Origin: Bugula neritina
Lineage: Eukaryota > Animalia > Bryozoa
DNA: 64,000 nucleotides
Assembly (NCBI GenBank): GCA_964035545.1
Contig: OZ037769.1
Span: 13,918,633-13,982,632, forward strand
Direction of reading: 5' to 3'
Below are positions 32,515 through 45,120 of this stretch, piece after piece; position 1 is the first letter of the stretch, and each line of letters begins with the position of its first letter. The notes beneath the pieces are model-generated. The model was given only the letters and a program-made list of their open reading frames with translations. It ran no database searches and had not been told where the DNA came from. The translations under genes and the position numbers were made by a program.

Positions 32515-32617
32515 GTGTTGAGTTTACCCAGTAGAATCATGGTGTAATGGTTAGCACACGTGCTTGCAAGCCAGCGATCTTGGGTTCGAATCCCAGTGGG
32601 GGCAAAATTATTTTTCA
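32515..32617 (+). mobile_element. short tRNA-derived repeat, family 2, copy 1
   Basis: TGGTGTAATGGTTAGC (box A), CTTGCAAG loop, GGGTTCGAATCCC (box B), T-run. Acceptor stem is not intact. Confidence 0.7.
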
Positions 32618-33219
32618 GTTATAAATCCCAAACAGCCCTATAGTAATAGCGTAAGGGTTAGCACGCTGCCATACAAGATAGAAGTCTGATGAGGCTTGAT
32701 TCTCAAGGAAAGAAATTAATTTACAGTTGCTACAAAACATTTCTCTTACAACATTCACCCAATATAATAATTCTTGTGGAGAAAAGCCTGTTTGCTATAT
32801 AACAGTACAATGAATAGCTTGACTAATTAATATATTATAGGCTTCACAACTTTAAACCTACCAAATGGTAAAGTAGAATCTCTATTTTAACTTTGACCTT
32901 TAACCTTTGACATTCAGATGAAATCCCATGACAGTTTTGTGTCAAGCAATATGATTGGCCACCTACAGTAAATCTAAATTCTAATTTGCCTAGAAATCAA
33001 CTCTTCTCTATTCTATTTCTAATGACTTAAGGTTTAAGTGCATAGCTTTGGATTTAAGTTGATTATTGGTGCTTACATTCAGAGCATATTCACCCTGTTT
33101 TAATGTCTGAATCTCAGACTAACTACAGTATGTCTCTATAAAGCAGGCATACACGTTTAGACCGTTGAACAACCAGTCTTCATTCCATCACATTTCGTGT
33201 CTTATTTACATTTTGCAGT

Positions 33220-36200
33220 ATGGAAAGTTGCATCATTTCAAATTTTATTCCAAAGGAAGGTGTGAAAGAAAAGGGGATTACTCCCAAATACGAAAATATT
33301 GTTATATGTAGGGTAAGTAAAAACTAAGGAGTATTCACTACTAATAATGGGCGTGAAATAAGTGCCATTTCAATACAGATTTTTAGGTTGTCGCATTTTT
33401 TTTCTATTTTTCATTCAACCTCCACTATATATTATAATGTGTTTTGTAACCCAAACAGGGTAGAGAAGGGCAAGGAATTCAAACACAAGATAAATCTCTG
33501 ACCGAGTCGTCACCTGAGAGTTGTCTTTCCACTCACAACTCTGGTCGCAGAAAACTCGCCTCTAGCAGGTAAGCTATAAATTCGCAAGGCGATTGCCAGT
33601 GATGACATTAAACTGCAACAAGTTTAGCTAGCAGCACAGAGCAACATCTGACAAATATTAAACACTAAATCTTTAGACCCGCAACAAGTTTTGTTTGTTT
33701 TTTAAATAAATATTATTTCCACAAAACAGCAACTATAGTAGCATATTATTTTTCTGTTTTCATGTTTTATCAGGCGAAGGCTGTGGTTGGCCCGCAGACG
33801 GTCACGATCTATTGACTCAGCAGACATGCTTTGTGATTACTCTGCAAGAAAAATGTCCTCCGAAATGTTCAGACTATCAAAAATCATGGATGATTCTGCA
33901 GGAGAAAATGAAGACATCGATGAGGTTAAAAAGGAAAGAAATTACGTCCTTGTTCCAGCAATCAGAGGGTAATTCACTAAGCTATTATTATTTGGATACT
34001 CAAACTTAGCCTAGGTCTCTAGTTATTAGTAGGGTGGTTTAACGCAAGTTATGTTGGTGGCAAATACCTGGACATCAGACTATCTTATATGTTTAGTTTA
34101 AGACATAAATTTTCATGCCTACAGGCCTAAAAGCAGCAGCTTAATAGACGATCATGCTGTGTTAGTTTCAAACGTGAACTGTCATGGTAGGCAAAACTCT
34201 CAATTAATAATTTAGTTTCAAGGATACCAAAAGATGAAGGGTGGGAGATCTACCGTGCTGTGATTAGCGTAGTTACGCAGGTTCACCAAACAGTGGCTAA
34301 AGTTCTAGTCATGGTAAATTTGTAAGTCTAAGAATCACATTGCAAGAAATAACTCTAATATATTGTGAAATTCCATCTCTGTGGTCACTGGTTATAGTAC
34401 ACTTAAGGATTTTCATTTATATAGATTTATGTCAAAGATTCAAATATTCATCTTTGTTTGCCAGCTTTTAAGATAAAAAACAGATCATGATTTCTTCTTT
34501 TTTGCAAATATCTAAAAAGATAATCTATAGGAAATCCACTGCAAACACATTCAGCCATGCTCAAAGTGATAGACTTATACTGAGGTTTAGGTACTTCAGT
34601 AACTATAAAAGTCGTGTAGAATGCAAAGAACTATATAACCCGTGTGTAATAGCTGTGTAAACTGCCTAACTTAAGCCATTATACATAGTATAGAATGTTA
34701 TTATAATTATCTTACTTACTAGGTTTTGCATTTTCCCAGACTTATAAATATATTGGTTTTAAGGTATAACAACACCTACTGTTATTTAAACATAATAAAT
34801 ATAATGATGTTAGTAACTAATTCATGCAAGTAGCAACCTTTTTTATAGTAACTTTATACTGTTGGCAGAGCCTTAGCTAAACTGACATATTCTAATTTAT
34901 CATCTTGTTTAATGAAGCCGAACAAAATATTTTTTAAATACACAATCCAGTGCTTTAAAAACACACAACTACAGATTCAAATATGTCGATACTTGAACTG
35001 CTTATAGCATATAGACTTCTTGTATTGTGAGAAGATTGTTGTTCTCGAATTTTTGGTTGAAAGACAATGAGAAGTTTTTTTTAGCCTTTAGCAGTTCTTT
35101 TTCTATTTTTTAAAACGCAGGCCAAGGAGTTTATTTAATTGTCAAAACAAAAGCCAAGACACTAACCAGGCTCACACTTTATCACATTACTTACTCATTT
35201 CAAAAAACATTTAACTTTCTGTGCATATTTAGTGATAACTAGACACAGCATGTTATGTTTTAACTGATAGTAAAGTACTACTGTAAGTTTACAGGAATTA
35301 CAGGAAATCCTTTTAGATAGTCAAGCTGATTACAGATGTACACACACAGTGTTGTAACATGATATGGCGTCAATCATGAGTTCGCATTCTTGACATTTAT
35401 TTACCACACTTTATCTGAACTGTATTTTTCTCAACAAGTTTTCTATTTTTTATAAAAACATTTTTTTATGTTTTAATGATTACAGTAGCTAACTTTTTAA
35501 ACAAGAAATGATTTTTTTTACTTAGGTATTGCATTATTAAATTTCTAGGTGTAATAACTGAGAAATTTCCAAAAGTGTTAGTTCTTGTTTTTGGGCATGG
35601 GTTGAAATTTTCAAGAGGATGTACTTTTTTATGAAAGGTTTATCACCTATAGCAGTGCACATACTTTGACAAAATTTCTCCATTACAGTACATTCTTTGG
35701 TTATTATTTGATCATTAGGAGATGATACTGTCTTAGCACAATGGCAGACAGATTTCCTAAAAAAAAACCACAATAATTACCCAGTGGAATTAGTCAATTG
35801 CTTCTGACTCACAATGACTAATTGACACCAAAGTATGACTAATTTTGACATGCTCAGAAGGTACCCTTTGCTAATGCTACAAACTGTTCAAATATATAAT
35901 TAATAGCTGGTGTTTAAACTGTCTAGACTCAATATATTGGCTATTATATCAATAAAAGGAGCCCACACAAGTTTATAGTCACTATCCCTGTAAGAAACCC
36001 AGGTGAAAAAGACTTTTAAATCAGGCTAAAGGCTTATTCATATGTGGCAAAGGAGCATTTATGACTAATGCTCTTCCCAATATCACCCATGGCCTTTACT
36101 GGGGCTCCAATTGATGACGTGGGGTTTACTAGACTAGCGCTCAGCGCTCTAACCCCTAAACCAACCTCTATCACTTGACTCAATAGCTAGTTATTAATAG

Positions 36201-39200
36201 TTTGATTTAACCACTTAAGTATAAGTTTTTATAAAAAAAAAAACTTGTTCCATCATCATTTTTTAGTTATATGCCTTAAATTTCCTTATATTAGCAAAAA
36301 CAAGGGACTCGTTTATGAAATTTTCTTACTGTGAAACCTAATCCGCTTAAATATATCATCTAAAAACAGTTTAAGAACACTTTTTATGTTGATTCAAAAT
36401 CTCATTTCCTCCAAGAAGTTACATATTTTACTGATAGTACCTAACAGAAGATATTGTGTGCTGCAGGGCTTCACTGTTGCCAAGACAATGCAAGAAAACA
36501 AACATTACTCTTAGCCAGACCAGAAAGTCTAAGTCTCTCAATGATATTGATTATGAGAATGTGAGGCTTGAGAACCCCTCGGCTGCAGAGGCTCTTGATA
36601 CAGAGGGTAGGAACTTAGTCTATTCATAATATAATTTGCAGTTATATGATGACGTACGTAGTTGTCTGCACTATATTATTTTTTGTATTAGATATTGGGC
36701 TGAAATTTTAGCAGATCTATGGGAATTCATCAAAGCAGCACAAAGTTGGAGGGTCATTGGGTGCAGTGTCTGTATAGACATCGTTTTCCACCCTCCCTTT
36801 CATTGCTGCACTCAGTGACCATCAACTCTGTGCTGCTTCAAGCCATTACCCCAGGTGAATAATCAATGAATGACATTTTTAGCATAATGACAAATATCGT
36901 TGGGGCATATACACATTTTGTGTTGATTAATTAACTACTTGAGGCACGTTTATTGCATAAAATATCTTTCCTACTTTCATAGCCTAAATTTTCATGTATT
37001 GCATGCATGGTTAGAGTTGGAGATGAAAAGGTTACATGTTCAAGTTGTTGAACACATTTTAATAAACTGCTACTACTGTTTTCCAGATTTGCTTTTTACT
37101 TTTAGTTCAATTTAAAACTTTAAAACTATATTATTTTATAATAATATTAGAAATTTGCAGCACAAGCTATTTGCAGCACAGATTCATTAATATACAAAAC
37201 ATAACTTGAATTCTTTATAATTCCATCAAACAGACATATTAAAAGTATAATCTTGGTGTACGGTAACATTCTTTAGGAAAACCAACTCATTTGGTTAGTG
37301 AATCATAACAGAATTATAATTCTTTTCAGAGACAATTTATGATGATCCGTGGAGCTCTAAGGACCTGCTGGAGTTATTCATTAGGAAGCAGAGTTATGGT
37401 TCTATTCCAGAGACTGTGATTGATGGAGGCGCAGTGAGACTGAATGATGAGTCATTGAACAAATATGGCAATCTCAACACAGGTGATCTACTATATTATA
37501 ATGTACTGTATTCAACATAGTATATTGGCAATCCATCATTTTTACTGCACTGTATTATACTCAAAACAATTACTATATGCACCATGGCCTCATAACCATC
37601 TTCAACCCTTCCAACTCTCGCTATAAAAAGCATCATAGATTAGCAGTTAAAGTTTATATATAACTTATAGATACAGTTTTTATTTTGCACTTTACGCACT
37701 TGCTTTTAAAATTTCTAATCAAGATAGTACCTAATTAAATAATAGTTTAGAGGAGTACTGCATAATAAAGCATTAGTTTATACTAAAAGCATTATACTGT
37801 TTGCTAAATAAATATTAAAGCTGATATATCTAGCTCAGCACATAAGAGAAGATGCTAAAAGAAAAACTGCATCTCTCTATGTTCACAGCTTCACAGTTTA
37901 TAACTGTTTTTCTTCGTTAAAATTTGCCATTAAGTACTTTTCTAGCAGTACAGACATAATATAACTTTGCCATTTAGTCTACACTGATGTCTATGTCTTG
38001 TTTGCCTGATTTTACTTGTTGTTTATTCGATAGACAAACCAGGGTTTACTGAAGAGTTCCTTAAGATCAACACAATTGAAAAAGTACTTCGCCCTGCGTT
38101 TGAAGTTGACACTAAACTACCTCTACTTCAGCAAAGGTATTTTTTATTCTGTTACTTCTCCATTTAATTTGGTCATACTTATACTTGTACCATACTAAAA
38201 ATTGTATAAATAAAATATATTCAGTCATTCTATCGTATTTTTAGTTCTTAGCATGCTACTTGGTTGGAGTTACATGAAAGGAACTTTTCAGCGATGAAAT
38301 TTAGAACAAAAAGTTTATATAAAAATTGGTCTAAAACTTTTAAATCTTTTCATGTTTTTATTAACTTTTATAAAAATATGGTAAAAAAAATATTTTTTCT
38401 TTTACAAAAAGCAAGCGTTATTAAGGGTGTCATGGGAGCACAAATCTCATTGCTAGCAATTCCTATTCATGCAAATATAGATTAGTTCCACTGCAACTAC
38501 AAACTGATCAGATACCCTTTAGTTGTGGTTCTTTAAGTACTTGTACAATATATAAGCTAGCATCTTATATATATAAACTAGTAGTAAGTACACTTATACT
38601 GCTTTATTTATATCTTTGACTTTAGCATATCTGGTGTTTGGTTTGAAAAATCTTGAATTTAATCAGTCATTTTTTATTTCTGTGTCAATTTGATTTCAAG
38701 AAGTTATTGACTACCGCTAGTTTTTGCTACATTTTATTAACATTTAGGCTAATAGTTGGGTGTTTGAGACGTAGTGCCAACACTCCTATATCTATACTGA
38801 TACTGCATCTAACATACAGAGTCGTCTTCTCTGCTTATAAGAAAACTGTAGTGCAATGATCACCCTAAAGTCCAGTGGTATAATGGTTAGCACACCTGTT
38901 TGCAATCTAGAGGTCTCTGGTTCGAATCCCAGTAGGGGCAAAGTTTTTTCATAAGAACGCATAAACAGCTTTTATACTCCAAAGCTGTAGAGTGTAGACT
39001 CTCTAAGCATTTATTTTTATTGTGAAAGATTTTCTTCTCTACTCTGCAGCTGGTATCACGACGAAATGTCAAGGTCGGAGGCGGAGGCTATGTTAGAAAG
39101 GCAACCAGTAGGGGCATTTCTAGTTAGGATCAACAGTCTAAGGAGGAAGGATCTCACTCTATCTCTCAGGTGGGCGTGATGTTAATTCAAATCAATATTA

Positions 39201-40037
39201 GATAATGATTTGCGAATCAATAACTAATCAATAGGCACTCAATATCTGATAATTAGCTAGTTACTAATTAAATGAAGTTAGAACACGAAGAACAACAACC
39301 TGAGACATGCGGATGCTACAACGGCTTGTGATAGGCACTGAGAAGGAGTTGATTTGCAGCAAATATCAGCTAGCAGTCTTATCTTTCATATACGTGTAAA
39401 TATTAAACGATATTCAATCAATTTAGCCAATTTGAAAATTATTTGGAGTTGTCTATTTATTCAACCTGATTTTCTTCAAAATTTGTGTCATCTATTGAGA
39501 CACCATATCACAATGTGATACAGTATAAATTACATGTTATAATTTATAGGATATAATGAAAGACAAAATGATATTACAATATATTATTATAATATATTAT
39601 GATAATGTATTATGATAATATATTATAATAATATATTATGACAATATATTATTATAATATATCATGATTGCTATGCTTTAGGAAAATAATATGAAATATG
39701 ATGAAGCATGGAGCACATAAAATATAATATAAGCTGCTAATAAAATATAATATAAAATGATGCAGTATGTAATATATATATTTTAATACAATATATTACA
39801 ATAATACGATATAATACAATATGGTAATTGCTATACTTTAGGACAATGAAGGGAGTGGCACATCTAATAGCAGTGAGACAGGCTGACTTCAGATACATCT
39901 TGGGACAGTTCAGTGAACCCTTTGAGTCAGCGGCTGCCATGATTCAGTTCTACACGGAGAACGAGCTGAAGATCAACGGGGCACCCCACACCTACCTCAC
40001 TCTACCAGTACACTGCACACAGTTTGGTTCATTCTAG
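33220..40037 (+). CDS. SH2-domain adaptor of the SHB/SHD/SHE/SHF family (about 381 aa)
   Basis: Exons 33220-33312, 33459-33568, 33774-33968, 34125-34160 (small, less certain), 36467-36606, 37330-37482, 38034-38136, 39050-39169, 39842-40037. Tyr motifs YENI, DYENV and IYDDPW. C-terminal VDTKLPLLQQSWYH...AEAML...GAFLVR...LTLSLR...YILGQFSEPFES...I.GA.H..L..PV is typical of SHB-family SH2 domains. Confidence 0.85.
35971..36162 (-). mobile_element. tRNA-derived SINE, family 1
   Basis: Homologous to 21642-21837; more diverged. Confidence 0.75.
38870..38954 (+). mobile_element. short tRNA-derived repeat, family 2, copy 2
   Basis: TGGTATAATGGTTAGCACAC...TTGCAA...GGTTCGAATCCCAGT...GGCAAAGTTTTTTCATAA. 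Confidence 0.7.
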
Positions 40038-40086
40038 TCAGGGGATTACACTCCTGACTAATACAATGATATTGTGTATATAATGA

Positions 40087-40290
40087 GTTTATATAGTCAC
40101 TATCCCTGTGAGAAACCCCTGATAGAAAGGGCTTTTTAAAGTGGGCTAAGGACTTATTTAAATGAGGCACAGGAGTAATTATGACTGGATGCTCTTCCTA
40201 TAACATCACAAATCGTTTTTTCTGTGGTTCGAATCCATGACTTTGTGTTCACTAAGCCAACGCTCTAACCCCTAGACCATGGCTGCTCCC
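40087..40290 (-). mobile_element. tRNA-derived SINE, family 1, just downstream of the SH2 gene stop
   Basis: Full-length copy; 12-bp direct repeat TTGTGTATATAA at 40072-40083 and 40291-40302. Confidence 0.85.
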
Positions 40291-41466
40291 TTGTGTATAT
40301 AACATAATATGTATATACTTTATATATTATATTTATTGACATGTTTGTTAATAGATAAACCTATTTCTCATTTTCAAATATTTGATATTATAATTGGTTG
40401 TTTTGATACAATTTTGTAATCTATTGCAGTGTAATTAGTGCATAATATTTTGTGTTAAATTATCATTGCATTTATATCTGATATTAAATATTATAATATT
40501 AATAATTTATTGATTTTATGTTAAAGTAGCATGATATGTGTTATTAAGATATTAAATATTTTCAGAAAGTTTAAATGTTTTTTTAACTTGCAATCACAGA
40601 GTACATATTATACTAGCTGAAAAATGTGTAATATATTTATTTGATTTAGTAACTTAAATACTTTTTTTTCAACAGATTTTTTACGTTTATTTGCTTTAAT
40701 AAAAACAAACTTATAAATTTGGTTCTAAGTTTTGTAATGTAATTTTGGAGAGCAGTTTACCATAATAGATGTAACAGTTCAAATTGTGTGAAAGTTAAAT
40801 CTTTAGGGGTTTGTCTGCTCATTGGCATTGGACAGACCATAATTATTCAATTCTTTACATTAAAAGTTACTAATATTTCTACTATAGTAGAAATATTAGT
40901 AACTTAAAGCAACTTAAAGCAAATTTGAAAGGTGTGTGAATTTAAGCCGGAAGAGCTCAGGTAGCTCTGTAGGAGTTATGAGTCATTGCGTAATACCAAG
41001 CAGCTTGAGTTTATGGCCGTGTTTAGAGTACTCAATTACACAATGTTCGTTGCTGAGCATAAAGTGAGAGCATTATACTTCAATCTGTGAACAGCAGCTG
41101 TTTTAGGATTTGTCCCCTCATCAGCACATAACAATGTCATTGGTCCCATATAGGACGGCGCACACACCACACAGCACACACACTCACATAAAAAATTAAA
41201 TGAATCTGCATTATTAGAAAGAACAACCTTTTATGATCAGCTCCTGATGGTAGGTGGGCAAGTTAGTGTCAAACTATATAAACTTATTTCACAAGTTTAA
41301 GTGCCGTGAAGGTTAATATAGCAGTAATAAGGATGTGGGATTAAACATATCACTGTGCTTTCAACACAACAAGAAAGCGTGCCAGTAGCCATGTGTTGAT
41401 TCTCAGCAGATCTGTTGACCAAGTGGCTCAATAACATCATGTGAAACGTCACTTTTGCTTTTCGTC

Positions 41467-43630
41467 ATGAACAGCCTACTGGTGATCTGCCTTGCCACAC
41501 TCAGTGTCTGCTTTGTTCAGGTGTGTAGCGTCATTTCAAATATGTTGTTTTTTTAAATATTTGCCGTATGTTTGTTTCTATTTCACGGTTGCACTTGGCT
41601 GCATTTTTTATTTAATCGTTTAGGCTAGACTTGGTACCAGATGCTTGGATGACTCTCAATGTGTAGCCGATACGGAGTGTTGTGTTGTCTCCTCCTATGT
41701 TATAAAAAGAGGGAAATGTGCTCCCAGGCTGAGGTACTGTTAATGTCTCTTTTAACTCTTATGTGATCACCTTTAAAGTTACGTAATATTGCAGCCTGCT
41801 TGAGTTTATCATGAAAGTTGCTGTCAATTACTTTTGGCATTTGTTTTGATTTAATTACTATATAATAAGTTACAAAAGTTTTTGGCCTTAAATAGACCAG
41901 TTAATATAGAATTGTAATTTTTGTATCTTTTAAATGTTAAATCAGAATATGGCAACTATTAGTAAATGTTTTTGGGGCAGAAAAAGAGTAAGTTTTAAAA
42001 ACTTGATTATTTAATTTTTAGAAATAAATACTTTTCATACTAGAAACTCAAATATATGAAATTAAATCTGTTCACGATCAGAGCTCTTTAAGCTATCATA
42101 TATCAAATTATATTTATTTTACACTTGATATATTATATGCTTGGGTATTATATATTCATATAATATTTATTAACACTTTGCATATTGTACATGTACTGTA
42201 TACATGGATATTATAATATAGCTTAGGAGTAAAAACTTTAAATGGACACGCAATGTTTACACCAGCACTTTGTCATTTATACTCTTTACAGCTGTACAGA
42301 TATAGGAGCTGCTTTCAATTACAGTTGTAATACCGAAATACAATAAGATACAGTAAAAGCGCTCAACTACATGTAGTTCTAATACGGTTTGTTGTAACTT
42401 TTAGAGAAGGCACCAGATGTAAAATCAACCATGATCGTTCCAGCTCATTCTGGGACCTCCCATATTCATGTGGGTGCGGTTACGGCACCACATGTGTGGA
42501 AGAGACGTGGCAAGATTCAGCTTTTCCTGGTGTGAATTTGAAACGTGACAGGTGAGAAAGATTTCTCTCTGTAACCAATCATAGTGTTGCATTATTTTTG
42601 CTAATAATTGATGTGTTTGATTTTGAGCATATCTCCAAAAACATTTACATGGCATATATCGAGAGTCAATTGAAGAGGCCCTGAGTTCAAAGTTTTCACT
42701 ATTTACTGAGGTTTTAGCTGGTTGGAAACTCTTGGACATTCATTAGTTATGCTGATTTTATTAGTTCGGCGAAAACTTTTTCAGCTGCGCCGACTTTATT
42801 AGTTGTTTACTGAAAACAGAATTACCATTAAACTAGCCAATTTATCTGTGTGTAAATCTATAAAATCAATATTTTAAAATATAATTATAAGCAGCTCTAC
42901 AAATAGATTGGTAAAACAAAAATATTTATTCTAGCATGCAATCTTGCAAAATATTTTACACTGATATTGAAACATTGGTATAACTTTACTGTATTCAGGC
43001 AAATTTTAAAAATTCTATAAAACTTAATATTTAATTTTTTTCATGTATTAATTATTATATTAATTATAATAGAATAATCTTGGATGAACCATGTCTATGA
43101 GTGAAATAGTTATTCAATTATTATAGCCTACCAAATTTTTTAAAATAGTTTACTTAGTGTCAATGTTGGGACATTACAGGAGCTGGGAAAGCTTTTCCGT
43201 AATTCATTATAGCTTTTCATGCATCATCACAGCTATGCCAGCTATATTATGCTTTTTCCACATTCATTACTACACAATAGCTAATCTTTTTTGACTGGTA
43301 TAAACCCCCCATTTCACTTATCCTTACACTTGCAACTTGCAACTACACTTATAACTTATGATGTAATGGTTTTTCATCTTGCTCTTTTCTTTCAGTCTGC
43401 AACAATAAATATTTCTATATATTAAAACACAACAGTCAATATAAATATTTATCTTCTCGTGCAGATGTCGAGCTTCTGCTGGTCCACCTTCTTTACGTCC
43501 AACTCCATCCACCCCTTCTCCCCCTCCCAAAGCCCCAACACCACCTTCTCCTACTCCTAGACCCACCACCAGGACATCAACCCTGCCAGGACCAGTTTCT
43601 AGAGCTCCAGCTACATCAACCAGAGTCTGA
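41467..43630 (+). CDS. secreted prokineticin/astakine/colipase-fold 10-Cys protein with Pro/Thr/Ser-rich C-terminal tail (158 aa)
   Basis: Exons 41467-41520 (signal peptide MNSLLVICLATLSVCFVQ), 41624-41733, 42405-42551 and 43465-43630 are in phase. Cys spacing C-x5-C-x5-CC-x11-C-x9-C-x16-C-x-C-x5-C-x19-C. AATAAA at about 43671. Confidence 0.85.
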
Positions 43631-44993
43631 GTTATTATTATGAAGATTGTTGTTATTTAAAACTTGATTCAATAAAAATTAATCTGTAACCAGGTTTAAT
43701 TTATTATTATAATAATATGTAAAATAGCATAATGATGTAATAATAAAATATACAAATATGCAAGCTAGATATTTCACATATATAGGTGCCACTGCAACTA
43801 TTGCTATACATTTATTACTGAAAAGCCATTGCTTGAAGTTTAGCAGATTTAACCTATAATGATCGATATTAAATGTAAGCAAGAGAAGTATCTAAAATAT
43901 GGCAGTGAGTGGACAACTACCATATTTTTTATGATGTAGCCTTTTATCTTCTGCAGGCCTATAATTACGCTGTAAGGTCTCACACGAAGAATCAGCAACA
44001 TTCTCACTATCAGTGTTATAAAAACACCTTTATGCTATATGTATAAATACTAAGGAAACATTGAAACAAGGTTGTTCCCGAAGCAAGTGCAATTTGGAGA
44101 TTGCTATGGCAATGCAAAACTTTACTAATATTACTCAGAAAACTGTAGAAATTAAACTATATCGTTTTTCAACATCCAGAAATTTTATATCATTGGAAAA
44201 TTTGATGGTTTCTGTAATGTTTCATAAATTAATCATCAATATAATATTATGTAGCTTTATTTACAAAACATTTCATCTTTCATCCTTTACGACAGACCGA
44301 CAGACCACTGAGGAATTATTAGGAAGTGAATTTTTGCATATAAACTAAAGAATGTCAAACTTCCAAATGCATGCTGGAAGACCACAAAACTTAGAGTCTC
44401 AGACAAAGCATACATTAGTGATGAATGCTTTCAATGTTTATCACTTCGCATGCCATGTTTATCCCCATCACGTGCACTGATTTCTGGCAAAAGCGCAATA
44501 CAAAAATAATATGTTCAACACGTGATATCCAAAAGTTAAATAATTGGTTGTATATCCTAGCTAATCAACTCGCTGTAGTACTGCTTAGAGAGTGGGCATG
44601 AAACTTTGAAGAGTTGTAAAATATATGCAGCCCTTTGAAATGTAGTATGAACGCTTTTAAATATGCTAATATACAACTGAGAAATTGCATTAGGCATTAT
44701 AATGGACTTTCATAGCTATAGGAGTGCCCTATAACTATCAATCTGCAATAACTAGGTTAATAGTGCATGACATTAACTTATGTTTACAGCATTGTTTGAC
44801 ATTATCCCCTTAATTGTAATTTAATTTGATCATTAAAAAATGATTAATTTGATTTCTATCCCAGTTCCAAAGTTTTAGTACTTACTTCTTTAATACATTC
44901 AAGTTGATTGTTCCAAAGTTAATTTCTATGATAATAAATTTAAAAAAGAACAATTCTAGAGATTATATATTTGCACTTTAACAGCAAATGCTG

Positions 44994-45120
44994 GGGAGCA
45001 GCTGTGATCTAGGGGTTGGAGCGTTTGCCTAGTAAACACGAAGTCAGGGGTTCAAGCCCTGACAAAGGTCATTGATAAATATAAGTCTTTAGCCCGAATC
45101 AGAGATGGCGACTATAAACT
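44994..45120 (+). mobile_element. tRNA-derived SINE, family 1, internally deleted
   Basis: GGGAGCAGCTGTGATCTAGGGGTTGGAGCG head and GACTATAAAC tail, with the middle missing. Confidence 0.7.

Noticed and set aside
32530-32605. Functional tRNA genes at 32530, 38870 and 59110
   Set aside because: Acceptor stems do not pair and the copies diverge from each other; treated as tRNA-derived repeats.
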